The position numbers and the translations under genes were made by a program. Positions 8,837-19,041 of a stretch of DNA of 54,902 nt are shown here, in pieces (the first letter of the stretch is position 1; the number at the start of each line of letters is the position of its first letter). This DNA is from Ferruginibacter sp. (GTDB taxonomy: Bacteria; Bacteroidota; Bacteroidia; Chitinophagales; Chitinophagaceae), in assembly GCA_039920685.1 (NCBI GenBank), contig JBDSDG010000289.1, positions 1 to 54,902 of the forward strand, in the 5' to 3' direction. The notes under the pieces are model-generated. The model was not told where the DNA came from, made no database searches, and saw only the letters and a list, made by a program, of their open reading frames with translations.

Positions 8837-10144
8837 TCATCCCTTATTATTAATTCTGCGGTCAATGAACTTCACGACCTTCCTTCCTGTTTCCTGGACC
8901 TGCATGCTTTGAATTTCTTCAGCAGTCAGGTATTTAATGTGTGGACTAACTCTTAGCCGTGCCTGTAGATTGGCCCTGATCTTATGGTCACATTCTTCTG
9001 TAAGTGTTGAAGGTAATATGTGTAACAACACTTCATCTGTTCCCATTTCATTTGAATATACTTCGGCTACATAATCCTGAACATCCTCCATCTCATTCAG
9101 CATGTCGAAAAGTGCCGGCGGATATAAAGTAGTTCCTTTGTATTTGATCATTTGCTTTTTTCTTCCTACAACCGGGGATAGACGTGTGCTGGTGCGGCCG
9201 CAACCACAAGGAGAATCATCATATAAACATATATCCCCTGTTTTATAACGCAGTAACGGCATGCCCTCGAGTCCTAGTGTAGTAATGGTAACTTCGCCTG
9301 GTTCTCCCGGAAGCACTGGCCTGTTATCTTCGTCCAACATTTCCAATATGATCAATTCAGGTTGCATATGACCTCCCTTGAACTCACGGCATTCAGTAAA
9401 TGCCGTCTGCATTTCAGTGGATGCATATGTTGAATACAGATCAATATTCCATGCATCCGTTATTCTTTTACCGATGATGGTTAAAGAAAAATCTGTGTTC
9501 CGGATATTCTCCCCTATGCAGATCGCTTTTTTTACAGAAGTTGCATTGATGTCAATACGATGTTCTTTTGCAAAATCGATGAGCTTAATGATAAATGAAG
9601 GCACTGCAACAATTGCTGTCGGCTTCAGCCTCTGGATGGTTTCCCATTGAAGTGACGGAACACCCGGACCAAGCCGAATGATCCCTGCGCCCATTTTTCT
9701 TATCCCGGAATAATATGCCATACCTGCCATGAATTGCCTGTCAAGCGTGAGCATAAGCTGGTATATATCGTTAGGAGATCCACCTGCACATGTAAACGAT
9801 AAATATTCATTATATGCAAGCCTTCCGAGGTCATTCTCAGTTAATGCAATTGTAACCGGGCTTCCCAATGTGCCGGAAGTAGAACTGTATTCAATGATCT
9901 TTTCTCCAGGTACGCACAAGAAATCATTGTTGCGTTTCTGCAGCTGCTCCTTCCCGGTAGTTGGGATCATTTGAAGATCAGCTATCGACCTAATGCTTAA
10001 AGCCTTTATATTATGTGAGGTAAATAGTTCTTTATAAAAAGGAGAATTGTTTTCAAGATATAGCATCAGATCCTGCAGTTTTTTTTCCTGCATTGTCTTC
10101 ACCGTATCCGTTGCCTGGAAGGCAGTATCAGCTGAATGATCCAT
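8837..10144 (-). CDS. Phenylacetate-CoA ligase family adenylating enzyme, probable 4-coumarate-CoA ligase (FlxY-like)
   Basis: STSGTLG P-loop, YASTE, LLRYKTGD, GR..MIKYKG; last gene of the GT-MMPL-C45-acpS run. Confidence 0.88.
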   Translation of the reverse strand: MDHSADTAFQATDTVKTMQEKKLQDLMLYLENNSPFYKELFTSHNIKALSIRSIADLQMIPTTGKEQLQKRNNDFLCVPGEKIIEYSSTSGTLGSPVTIALTENDLGRLAYNEYLSFTCAGGSPNDIYQLMLTLDRQFMAGMAYYSGIRKMGAGIIRLGPGVPSLQWETIQRLKPTAIVAVPSFIIKLIDFAKEHRIDINATSVKKAICIGENIRNTDFSLTIIGKRITDAWNIDLYSTYASTEMQTAFTECREFKGGHMQPELIILEMLDEDNRPVLPGEPGEVTITTLGLEGMPLLRYKTGDICLYDDSPCGCGRTSTRLSPVVGRKKQMIKYKGTTLYPPALFDMLNEMEDVQDYVAEVYSNEMGTDEVLLHILPSTLTEECDHKIRANLQARLRVSPHIKYLTAEEIQSMQVQETGRKVVKFIDRRINNKG

Positions 10145-10518
10145 TAGTCTTCTATTATTACGATGGCCGTTGCCATTGAACTTACATGTGAAACGGAAAC
10201 CGCTATTTTACCAAGATTTAGTTTTGCAATTGCTGAAGCAGTTTTGCCAAGGAAAGATATGGAAGGTTTACCGCTATCATCATTTGTTACCTCGATCTCA
10301 TTAAAAGCAGTTCCATCCCTCCAACCGGTACCGATTGCCTTAAAGAATGCTTCTTTTGCTGCAAATCGACCGGCATAGTGTTCAAATTTGTTTTTCTTTG
10401 TTTCACAGTAATCAATTTCTGATTGTGCAAATACCAATTCCCGGAAACCCGCTTTCTTATCGATCTTTTCAGCAACACGGTTTACTTCCACGAGGTCAAT
10501 GCCTATCCCATATATCAT
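10144..10518 (-). CDS. acpS: Holo-ACP synthase (phosphopantetheinyl transferase)
   Basis: GIGIDLV, AGRFAAKEAFFKA, GKP, SVSH motifs; TAATG overlap with the ligase start. Confidence 0.95.
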   Translation of the reverse strand: MIYGIGIDLVEVNRVAEKIDKKAGFRELVFAQSEIDYCETKKNKFEHYAGRFAAKEAFFKAIGTGWRDGTAFNEIEVTNDDSGKPSISFLGKTASAIAKLNLGKIAVSVSHVSSMATAIVIIED

Positions 10519-10546
10519 AGAAAATGATTTGAGTTGCTGTTAGCTT

Positions 10547-12208
10547 TTATTTTTTTTCAATTTTATTGATGCGATCATTTATATGGTCTTCTTCTTTTTT
10601 TGTTGCTACTACTTTTGTCAGGGCCATTTTATAATAATTCAATGCCTTCTGGTAATCTTTTATCTTATACAGGTAATCAGCGGCTATAACATAAGCATTA
10701 TAATAATCATGATTACTTCCAACAACGCTGTCTATATTAATGTCTCCACCATCACTTGCGACCTGCCTGTATTTTCGGAACCGTTGAAAATCCCGGTATT
10801 CTTTCGTTAACAGGAATGAATCGGGCGCAATCTTTAAAGCAGAATCGGCCACTTCAATATTCTGCTTCAACCCTTTTAAAGCGAAGATCTTTTTCAGGTC
10901 ATACGCAACATACTCTCCGAGTTGCCATGGTGATGTTGAAACCCAAACTAATAATTTTTTTGGCTCAAAAACAATCGAATGATGCGCCATTAATTGGTTG
11001 ATCGCTTTCTCATTCCCGTCACCTATATCCTGCCCATGAATTCCTTTCCTGTCCCTCAAGATATTGATTGTTTTTTGGACGGTATTTTTGCCATTGGCGT
11101 TTATTAATTCCATCAGGCGCTGATATCTGTATGGAGAAGCACTTTCATTCATCTGCTCCAGGTTTTTTTGAGATCCTGCAAGCCCTTTGCTCTGAAAATG
11201 ATTTGCACAAACGATGAAATCCTGGTGTGGATCATATACATCCATATCATCCGGAGTTTTTTCAATGATGACTGCCTTTCCATCTTCTGCAGATGCAACC
11301 AGGAATGATTCGGATACAAACATTTTCCTGCTTTTTGCAATGGCGATCGCCTCTTTTATATTCTTTGCATATTGCAGTATTTCACGTGTTACTAAAGATA
11401 CGGGCGTTGCAGAACCTGTTGGTATTGCGGTCTTAGCTGCATTGATCGTTACAGTCAGGCCCATTTCATTCATTCCGGAAACAGCCCCTACAAATCCACC
11501 CCAGGTAACGATCATAAACTTATGCCCGGTTGTCGGACTGATAAATGCAACGATCTTGTCTTCTGCAAATTTATCTCCCACATAAAAATCGAAATTCCTT
11601 CCTATGATCATCGTGCTGTCTGCAGATCGGTTATCCCATGTGCCAAAGGATGTGCAGCCAACCAAAGCCAAATTCTGCAATGCATGTCCGATGTCATGAG
11701 CAGCGTGATAGTTCAATAATCGCTGGTAATTAGTTCCCAGGTATTGAAATTTATCAGATGCTGATTCAGAGATACCATAGATCTCCTCTTTAAATTCCTG
11801 GGTTACGTTTTTATCTAGGTTGCGGTTAAACCATCCGATAAAATCCTTTAAAAAACTCCTGTTGAATTTTGAAGGAACCATTTTGAAGATCTGTTCGCTG
11901 AATGCTTCTTCCTGCCGTACAACCAATTCTTTCGTTAACTTACCATTGATGACGCCCCGTTCAAATGGATCTCCTTCCACGTATAATTCGAATAAGCCAC
12001 TTTTACTTTTGCGGAACCAATTATTTTTTAAAGTATAAAAACCGTTACCTCCATCGATTCGCTGCAGCCTGAGGCTACTCATATCCTTTACTTTAGGCAC
12101 ACCAATATTAGAAACCTGTTTTATGTAAATGATACCAACGATCAGCAACAAGATGATGAAGCAAAGTATATAGAGCAGCCACTTAAATATTTTCTTCCTT
12201 TTACGCAT
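10547..12208 (-). CDS. C45-family autoproteolytic acyltransferase/Ntn hydrolase, membrane-anchored
   Basis: N-terminal TM segment, G-CTSF cleavage/nucleophile site, GRNFDF, GMNE, ANHF, C-terminal TPR-like helices; family recurrent in flexirubin clusters. Confidence 0.88.
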   Translation of the reverse strand: MRKRKKIFKWLLYILCFIILLLIVGIIYIKQVSNIGVPKVKDMSSLRLQRIDGGNGFYTLKNNWFRKSKSGLFELYVEGDPFERGVINGKLTKELVVRQEEAFSEQIFKMVPSKFNRSFLKDFIGWFNRNLDKNVTQEFKEEIYGISESASDKFQYLGTNYQRLLNYHAAHDIGHALQNLALVGCTSFGTWDNRSADSTMIIGRNFDFYVGDKFAEDKIVAFISPTTGHKFMIVTWGGFVGAVSGMNEMGLTVTINAAKTAIPTGSATPVSLVTREILQYAKNIKEAIAIAKSRKMFVSESFLVASAEDGKAVIIEKTPDDMDVYDPHQDFIVCANHFQSKGLAGSQKNLEQMNESASPYRYQRLMELINANGKNTVQKTINILRDRKGIHGQDIGDGNEKAINQLMAHHSIVFEPKKLLVWVSTSPWQLGEYVAYDLKKIFALKGLKQNIEVADSALKIAPDSFLLTKEYRDFQRFRKYRQVASDGGDINIDSVVGSNHDYYNAYVIAADYLYKIKDYQKALNYYKMALTKVVATKKEEDHINDRINKIEKK

Positions 12209-13712
12209 TTCTTATTTTTTCTATAAAATTCTCATTCCCTAAAAAAGCGGAACAGGTTACGAGCCCACTCATTGTTGCCCCAAGTATACCATGCAAATTA
12301 AGGTTTTGACCAGTCAGGTATAGGTTGGGAACTTTTGTTCGCGGCGAAATAAATGTCTTCAGGGGGTTTCGGTAGTCCTTTACAATTCCATACATCGAAC
12401 CGTCATCGTTTCCTATGTAATCCCGGTATGAAAGCGGCGTCGCAGTATAATATTTTTTAATATTTTTTCGTAATCCAGGAAATTTCTCTTCTATAATGTC
12501 CAGCAAGATCTCCGCCTTCCTGAGTTTAAAATGTTCATATGCAGAACCACGGTCTTCTTCTGCAGAAACTGTATTAAAAGATCTTTCCCATTTCTTTACC
12601 TCATCATAACGCATGTAGGTGAGTACCGTCATTGATTCTGCATAAACGGGGCTGCGTGATGATGCTGAGAAAAAAACAGCATACCCTAGTGGCCAATTGG
12701 CCTCGGTATAATCGGACAAATTCCAAATATGTCCTTCCTTGTGGTAATAATAATTATGCTTCACATATTTTATTGAATTCTTGTTTAAAACAATATTCAA
12801 TACAAACCCCCCTATTGAATTTTCAAGTCCCTTTACCCTGTTTCTATATGCATTTTTGATCATTGCCGTGTCTGTCAGTTCCATTGTTCTAACCGGGTGC
12901 ATGTTAGAAATAAAATACTTGGCGTTCACGCGTGAGCCGTTTGCCAATTCCACACAACCGACAACGCCATTTTCAACAATGATCTTTTTTACTTCTGAAT
13001 TCCTGCGTATATCGCCACCGTGAGTTCGGATATTCTGTGCAAGGTATTTTCCGATCATCGAGCCACCATCTATACACTTCCAGGAGCTTTCAATGTAACT
13101 GTTCAGTATCATGGCATGTACGTAAAAAGGTGTTTTGTCGGGTTGTAAAACATATAACATATTGCTGCCTACAAGTACAGACTGTAATTTTTCATCCTTC
13201 GTAAGCGATTCAACAAAACCCTTGGTATCTATTTCCAAAACCGTGGTCTTCTCATTTATATCACCACCTGGCCTCAGGTTGTAAAGTGGAAATTTGCTAC
13301 ATACTTCTTTGATCTTATCGCAATACAAACGAATAGCATTTTCTTCTGCAGGAAAATCTTTAAGCAAACCCCGGATAAAATTCTCATAGCCTTGTGCATG
13401 AACATACTCTTTAGGATCACCTTCTATCAGTATTTTATCAAATACATCGTCTTCCATCTTTTGCAACTTCAGCTTACCAATGATCCCCAGGTATTTAAAA
13501 ACCTGGTATAGGTTTTGACCTTCGGCTAAGCCACCCAGATAGTGTACCCCGGAATCAAAGATCACCTTATCCCTAACATAAGTTTGCAAACAACCACCGA
13601 TCTGCCTGTTCTTTTCAATCACGCATATTTTATAGCCTTCCCTTCCCAGGATGTCTGCGCAGATAAGCCCACCCATCCCGCTGCCTATTATTACAATATC
13701 AAAATCATCCAT
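12201..13712 (-). CDS. Phytoene desaturase / retinol-saturase-like FAD oxidoreductase
   Basis: IIGSGMGG, EKNxxIGG, FDSGVHY, TPLSYRDY, NLYLTGQ; overlaps both neighbours by 8 bp. Confidence 0.88.
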   Translation of the reverse strand: MDDFDIVIIGSGMGGLICADILGREGYKICVIEKNRQIGGCLQTYVRDKVIFDSGVHYLGGLAEGQNLYQVFKYLGIIGKLKLQKMEDDVFDKILIEGDPKEYVHAQGYENFIRGLLKDFPAEENAIRLYCDKIKEVCSKFPLYNLRPGGDINEKTTVLEIDTKGFVESLTKDEKLQSVLVGSNMLYVLQPDKTPFYVHAMILNSYIESSWKCIDGGSMIGKYLAQNIRTHGGDIRRNSEVKKIIVENGVVGCVELANGSRVNAKYFISNMHPVRTMELTDTAMIKNAYRNRVKGLENSIGGFVLNIVLNKNSIKYVKHNYYYHKEGHIWNLSDYTEANWPLGYAVFFSASSRSPVYAESMTVLTYMRYDEVKKWERSFNTVSAEEDRGSAYEHFKLRKAEILLDIIEEKFPGLRKNIKKYYTATPLSYRDYIGNDDGSMYGIVKDYRNPLKTFISPRTKVPNLYLTGQNLNLHGILGATMSGLVTCSAFLGNENFIEKIRNA

Positions 13713-16700
13713 GCTGACCGGTTAACTTTTTAAGTACAAAGATCGTATTTGAGGTAATTTTTGAATCGTTAATTTCAGTACAGGACATTTTGTTATATGA
13801 GGCTAACTCCCTGATCACTTTCCCTGAAAGAAATGATAAGCCTGCGCCGCCAACTTTGTTGAATTTTAATAACCTGGTGGAAAAGAATTCAGTTAATGCT
13901 GTACGCCGCTGTTTTTTTGTTTCATCGGTATCGCCTTCCCTAATGATCAATATGCCTCCGGGATATAAATGATCTATAGATCTTTCGATCACCGCTTTCT
14001 GTTCTTGAGGGGATACATAATGTAGAACATCTGATAAAATGATGGCATCATAATTTTCAAAAGAAAATTTGGTTATATCTGAGTGGATGAAATTGATCTG
14101 TTCTGTTTTACTGAAACAGTGATTTGCAGTAATGATCTTATCCTGGTCATAATCTATCCCTGTTACCTGCCGTTTGGGCGAAGTAAAATATAACATGTAA
14201 GACATAAACCCGTAGCCACAGCCAGCATCCAATATATTTCCCTGCTTTGGAACAAGGTCATGGAACAACTGGTAATTTTTTTCAAGTCGCAATTTTATTC
14301 TTAAATACCATTCTATCACAGGCCCTTTATAAAGGTAGTTGTAAAGCAGTTTTTCTTTAAAGTATGAAGGTTGCTCAATTTCATTTCTTAGTTCATTAAA
14401 CTCTTCCCGGAAATACCTGCTGATCTTTTTAGTACGATCTGCATATCCATTGCCGAAAAAATCGTCTGAAGGACTTATCCTTGGTAAATATTTGAGTGTT
14501 ACCTGTCCATCTTTAAGCAATGCATCTTTTTTTGTAAGCGTATAATCAGTACCGTGAATGATAATAGGTAAGATATCAGCATTAAGTTGTTCAGCCAGGT
14601 AAAAAGCCCCTTTATGAAACCGGCCGATAGTTCCATCTATTGAACGCGTACCTTCCGGGAAAACAATAAAAGAATAACCATGCTTCATTCGATCTGCAAT
14701 ACGTTCAATATTCTGTTCCACCTGTTCTGCCGGAAAATAATCGGCCATGCGAATCACAGGGCCAAAGAATCGAGCATTCCATTTTTTATTGTTGGTGAAC
14801 ATTAATATCCGGGGGTTCAGCATTACCAATGGAACAATATCTAATGAAGACTGGTGATTGCAAATGATAATGGCAGGCTTGGACAAGTCCTCATTCAAAG
14901 GATTGATAATCTTCTTTTTCACATTGCCCATGATATACATCAATGACCAGGCAACTTTTGAAAGCATCTTGTGATACAGCAACTTGCCTCTTTCCCTGAC
15001 CCTAAGCCTAGCAAATATTCTACCAATAACGGTAAAGGTTATGCTCCAATAAAGAAAAAAGGAAAAGGCAAATGCAGATTTTAAGAAACTGGTAAATGTC
15101 CACGGAAAAAACTTTTTATCTACCCTGTTCTTAATAAGGAGATTAAAAAAGAACGGGATCAATACCTGCGACATGATCACAACGCAAACAATACCTGTGA
15201 TCGAGATCAAAGCGATAGATTGTAATGCAGGATGTTTGGCAAATATCAAAACACCAAGTCCGGCAATGGTTGTAATAGCTGACAGGAAAATAGAGGACTT
15301 AAAAGAAGAAAGATTCTTCTTGCCGGTTTTGTATTCCTGTAACAACCCATCCATAATGTAAAGGCTGTAATCGTCCCCAAGCCCGAAGATCAATGCTGAT
15401 ACAATGATATTAATGATATTAAATTTTATATCAGCCATTCCCATGATCCCCAATATCCATATCCAGCTAATCAACATTGGAATAAAGGAAACAAGCGTCA
15501 ATTCGATCCTGCCATACATCAGCAATAAAACAAAGAATACCAATAAAGATGTCATGAGTGCGATCTTTGTAAAATCATCATTGATGATCTCTACAAATTT
15601 GCTCGTAAGATATTGTTTATCAAGTACCGTTACATGCGCTTCGTTCTCAAATGACTTGTAAATCGCCGGCTTATTTTCGGGAGCAACTTTCACAAGCGTG
15701 ACAATAGTTGCCTTTCCTGGTTTCTCAGTTATATAATCAGCAAGAAATTTCGTCCTCACATCGGCCATAACTTCAGTACCACCGGGTTCGAAGTGTTTTT
15801 CAAGTAATGAACTAAAATTGTAAAAAGCAGTGGCACTGAATTTTAACCGGGCTCCTTCCCTTTCAAGTGTGTCGAGTAGTGCCTGCTTTTTTTCAGTTGT
15901 CCAGTAATTATTCCATCGATCGATTCGCAATCTTTGCATTGAATCTGAAACGATCAATGATGAAACGCCTGAATACTTTCTTACCACATTTCTCTCAACC
16001 AGCTTGTCTATTTTAGTAACCAGCTTTTCATTATTTGCGAGTGCATCATTTAAAGTTATTCCTTCAGTGACAATATATACTGACTGTAAGGCATACTGGT
16101 TAATCTGGTTAAGCTTTTGTTCAGAATTTCTTAATTTTTCCGACATAAAATTCATCTTATTAAGGTCGGATTCAAATCCAACTTTTGAAGACCAATACGC
16201 AAATACCACCGTTAATAAGAGGATCACGATTACCAGGTACTTATTGTACTCAGGCCTGAAAGAGGCGATCCTATCAACCCATGAGATACTGCTTTGATGC
16301 CTATCACGTTCTTTTTTTGAATCAATAAGATGAGGAAGAAAAACAAGCGAGCTAATAGAAGCTCCAATAAGGCTAAATGCAGCAAAGAGCCCGAGGTCCT
16401 TCAGCATATCAGACTTAACAAATTGCAAACACAGAAATCCCCCGATAGTTGTAAGGCTTCCGATCGTCATTGGTATGGCAAGATCACCAATCAGCTCACG
16501 AATATTTTTTGTATGCCTGTAATGATTAAAAACATGTAGTGAATAATTCACCGCAATACCTAACACTACAGAACCAGTCCCTAATGCAATAACGGAGATA
16601 CTTCCTTTGATAAAATAAATAATAGCCATGGAAAACAGTGAGCCGAACAATACGGGCAGGAGTATTATAAATGGAGCACTCTTCTTTCGAAAATAAACAG

Positions 16701-17559
16701 CTAAAAAAATAATGATGAATAATACAGTGACCCCTTGTGTAAAAATAGTATCCCGCCTAAGTTGTAGAGCGTTACCTGCTGAGACTGCAGTTGCACCAAA
16801 ATAACTGGCTGTTACATTTTGAAGATCTTTACTGCTTAACTTATTAATGATCTTATCAAGTCCTTCCAGGAGCTTTACATTTTTTGCTGTGTTGCCCGGT
16901 GGATAAGCAGGTGTGATAAAGATCATCAAATGCTTCTGGTCCTTTGTTACGACATAATTATCATACAATTCAAAATTCTCATCGTATTGTAATTGTTGCA
17001 ACTTTTTTAACCCCAGGAATGTGATGCCAACAGGATCATTACTGATCATCTGTTTTAACGCGATCCCGGACGGTGAGGTCAGGGTTCTGAAATTTTGTGC
17101 TAGTGTTTCTCTTAGCTTAACAGGTGTGATCAGTGTATCAATGGAATGGTAATCCTGTTCATTCAAATATATCGGCAAATGATCGCTGATACTGTTATAC
17201 AGGTCCAATACAACTGCGTCATCCGTTTTTACAGTTAGGCTCTTTATATATGGAGAAAGAGTGGCTGAGATCGCTTGCTCAAGGCTGTCCGCATACATTA
17301 CCAGACTATCAGGCGCAACGGTTAGCGTATCTTTCATAGATACTGTTAACACCATTTTATCCATGAATTTTGAGTTCTGAAATACTTCGTTCAGCTTCTC
17401 AACTTTTTTATCTTTTGGAAGAATCTTAGAAATGTCTTCCTCAAATTTTAACTGCAACGCAAAATAACCGGCCAATAAAAAACTTGCAGCGAATACTATG
17501 TAAAACAGTATCCGTTGTTTTTCAAAAAAATTATAAATGCTGATCAGTAATCTTTCCAT
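13705..17559 (-). CDS. Trifunctional MMPL transporter / acyltransferase / class I SAM methyltransferase
   Basis: Two MMPL TM bundles (LGIAVNYSLH, FGLGDDYS), then NHQSSLD and FPEGTRS acyltransferase motifs, then ILDAGCGYG SAM motif I. Confidence 0.92.
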   Translation of the reverse strand: MERLLISIYNFFEKQRILFYIVFAASFLLAGYFALQLKFEEDISKILPKDKKVEKLNEVFQNSKFMDKMVLTVSMKDTLTVAPDSLVMYADSLEQAISATLSPYIKSLTVKTDDAVVLDLYNSISDHLPIYLNEQDYHSIDTLITPVKLRETLAQNFRTLTSPSGIALKQMISNDPVGITFLGLKKLQQLQYDENFELYDNYVVTKDQKHLMIFITPAYPPGNTAKNVKLLEGLDKIINKLSSKDLQNVTASYFGATAVSAGNALQLRRDTIFTQGVTVLFIIIFLAVYFRKKSAPFIILLPVLFGSLFSMAIIYFIKGSISVIALGTGSVVLGIAVNYSLHVFNHYRHTKNIRELIGDLAIPMTIGSLTTIGGFLCLQFVKSDMLKDLGLFAAFSLIGASISSLVFLPHLIDSKKERDRHQSSISWVDRIASFRPEYNKYLVIVILLLTVVFAYWSSKVGFESDLNKMNFMSEKLRNSEQKLNQINQYALQSVYIVTEGITLNDALANNEKLVTKIDKLVERNVVRKYSGVSSLIVSDSMQRLRIDRWNNYWTTEKKQALLDTLEREGARLKFSATAFYNFSSLLEKHFEPGGTEVMADVRTKFLADYITEKPGKATIVTLVKVAPENKPAIYKSFENEAHVTVLDKQYLTSKFVEIINDDFTKIALMTSLLVFFVLLLMYGRIELTLVSFIPMLISWIWILGIMGMADIKFNIINIIVSALIFGLGDDYSLYIMDGLLQEYKTGKKNLSSFKSSIFLSAITTIAGLGVLIFAKHPALQSIALISITGIVCVVIMSQVLIPFFFNLLIKNRVDKKFFPWTFTSFLKSAFAFSFFLYWSITFTVIGRIFARLRVRERGKLLYHKMLSKVAWSLMYIMGNVKKKIINPLNEDLSKPAIIICNHQSSLDIVPLVMLNPRILMFTNNKKWNARFFGPVIRMADYFPAEQVEQNIERIADRMKHGYSFIVFPEGTRSIDGTIGRFHKGAFYLAEQLNADILPIIIHGTDYTLTKKDALLKDGQVTLKYLPRISPSDDFFGNGYADRTKKISRYFREEFNELRNEIEQPSYFKEKLLYNYLYKGPVIEWYLRIKLRLEKNYQLFHDLVPKQGNILDAGCGYGFMSYMLYFTSPKRQVTGIDYDQDKIITANHCFSKTEQINFIHSDITKFSFENYDAIILSDVLHYVSPQEQKAVIERSIDHLYPGGILIIREGDTDETKKQRRTALTEFFSTRLLKFNKVGGAGLSFLSGKVIRELASYNKMSCTEINDSKITSNTIFVLKKLTGQHG

Positions 17560-17569
17560 TTTATTCGGC

Positions 17570-18766
17570 TTACCGGGCGAGGATAGATTTTCTGTTAGAT
17601 AATTTCAATATAAAGAAAGTTAAAACCCCGAAAAATACAGCCGCAAGAATGGCGAGTGAAATGCTTCCAAAAATATACTGTTGTAAATTATTTTTTATTG
17701 ACGCCAGGGAGATATGGCTGCTGAAATCAATTTGCATTGCATTGCTGCCCATCCAGAATGCGCCCATTTTATAACTCATGAAAATGATCACGGGGATCAT
17801 TGGCGGAATACTAATATTTGCGGCAATGATAACCAGGGCTTTATTTAGTCTGAACAATACTGCTAAAAATATTGCAGTAACGAGTTGAAATCCCCAGATA
17901 GGAATAATTCCCATAAATACACCAAATGCAACAGAGAACGACTTTAGCTGATCGGAATGATTTGATTCAAATAATTGTTCATACAATTTTTGCTTCGCAT
18001 TCTTTTGTATGAAAAGTGTGTGTAAAAAATCCCGCGGCTTTATATATAAGAATGTGGCCAGGACAAGGATCGTATTTAAAACTCCTATCCTTGTAAAATC
18101 TTTATATGGACGGAAATGGGATATCCGGGTTTCTTTCGGTGCATAATAAACAGTGATTGGAATTGAAATTACATTAACTCCCTTCCATACCGCCCTCACC
18201 AAAACTTCTATTTCGAATTCATATTTACGTGTAAAAAAGTGAATCCCCTTTAACGCATCCAATGGATACAATCGAAAGCCCGATTGCGTGTCAGGGCAAT
18301 TGATACCAGTTTCTACCTTAAACCAAAAATTTGACACCTTGTTCCCAAAACTACTCCCACCCGGCACGGATTCATGGTTCATATTCCTGGCACCTACGAT
18401 AATGGCATTCTTTTCCGTTTCTAATTTTTCTAAAAATGCCGGAATATCCTTTGCAAAATGCTGCCCGTCAGAATCAATAGAGATGGCATACCGGTAGCCT
18501 TTCTCCATTGCATATTTAAATGCTTGCCTCAAAGCCCATCCCTTTCCAATATTCTTAAGATATGAAATGGTTTGAACAACCGGGAATTGCTTAATGATCT
18601 CCAGGGTATTGTCTGTTGAACCGTCATTTACAACAATTATATGTTCTGTGTAATTTGACACATCGGAAACGACGGCCGCCAATGAGGTTTGGTTGTTATA
18701 AGTAGGTATGATGACACAGGCACGATAATGCTCAAATATTTCGTTACATTTCGCGGAACTTGTCAT
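17570..18766 (-). CDS. Glycosyltransferase family 2 fused to DUF2062
   Basis: IIPTYNN, VNDGSTD, DSDGQH, DTQSGFR; hydrophobic C-terminal domain (GVFMGIIPIWGFQ, NISIPP). Confidence 0.92.
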   Translation of the reverse strand: MTSSAKCNEIFEHYRACVIIPTYNNQTSLAAVVSDVSNYTEHIIVVNDGSTDNTLEIIKQFPVVQTISYLKNIGKGWALRQAFKYAMEKGYRYAISIDSDGQHFAKDIPAFLEKLETEKNAIIVGARNMNHESVPGGSSFGNKVSNFWFKVETGINCPDTQSGFRLYPLDALKGIHFFTRKYEFEIEVLVRAVWKGVNVISIPITVYYAPKETRISHFRPYKDFTRIGVLNTILVLATFLYIKPRDFLHTLFIQKNAKQKLYEQLFESNHSDQLKSFSVAFGVFMGIIPIWGFQLVTAIFLAVLFRLNKALVIIAANISIPPMIPVIIFMSYKMGAFWMGSNAMQIDFSSHISLASIKNNLQQYIFGSISLAILAAVFFGVLTFFILKLSNRKSILAR

Positions 18767-18870
18767 TAAATATCTTTTATTTACAGTAATTGTAGTGTGA
18801 CATAATCCACCACACCATCACAATGTAACTCACTGTAGTTGCGGTTTTTGATGATCCTTACTGTAGCGTG

Positions 18871-18878
18871 CAAAATTA
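18871..18878 (-). promoter_or_regulatory. Bacteroidota -7 promoter element for the GT2-to-ligase operon
   Basis: Minus strand TAATTTTG matches TAnnTTTG, about 100 bp upstream of the ATG. Confidence 0.6.
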
Positions 18879-19002
18879 GCACAAAAAAGGATATGGTTAA
18901 GCCTGTTATTTCAGCAATCAGAGCTGGCATTACAATGTTAATGACAATAAATTTTTCTCATATTATTAAGCCTTCTGATCAGGCATGGGAGTGTAATTAA
19001 AA

Positions 19003-19010
19003 TATCTTTG
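19003..19010 (+). promoter_or_regulatory. Bacteroidota -7 promoter element
   Basis: TATCTTTG about 30 bp before ATG 19042. Confidence 0.6.
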
Positions 19011-19041
19011 AACATTATTGTTGCTGAAGCAAAAAAGATCA

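Noticed and set aside
8837-10144. Phenylacetate catabolism (paaK)
   Set aside because: No paa oxygenase genes; coupled to acpS in a biosynthetic run.
12201-13712. Carotenoid desaturase crtI
   Set aside because: No crtB/crtY nearby; embedded between the MMPL fusion and C45 genes of the aryl-polyene cluster.
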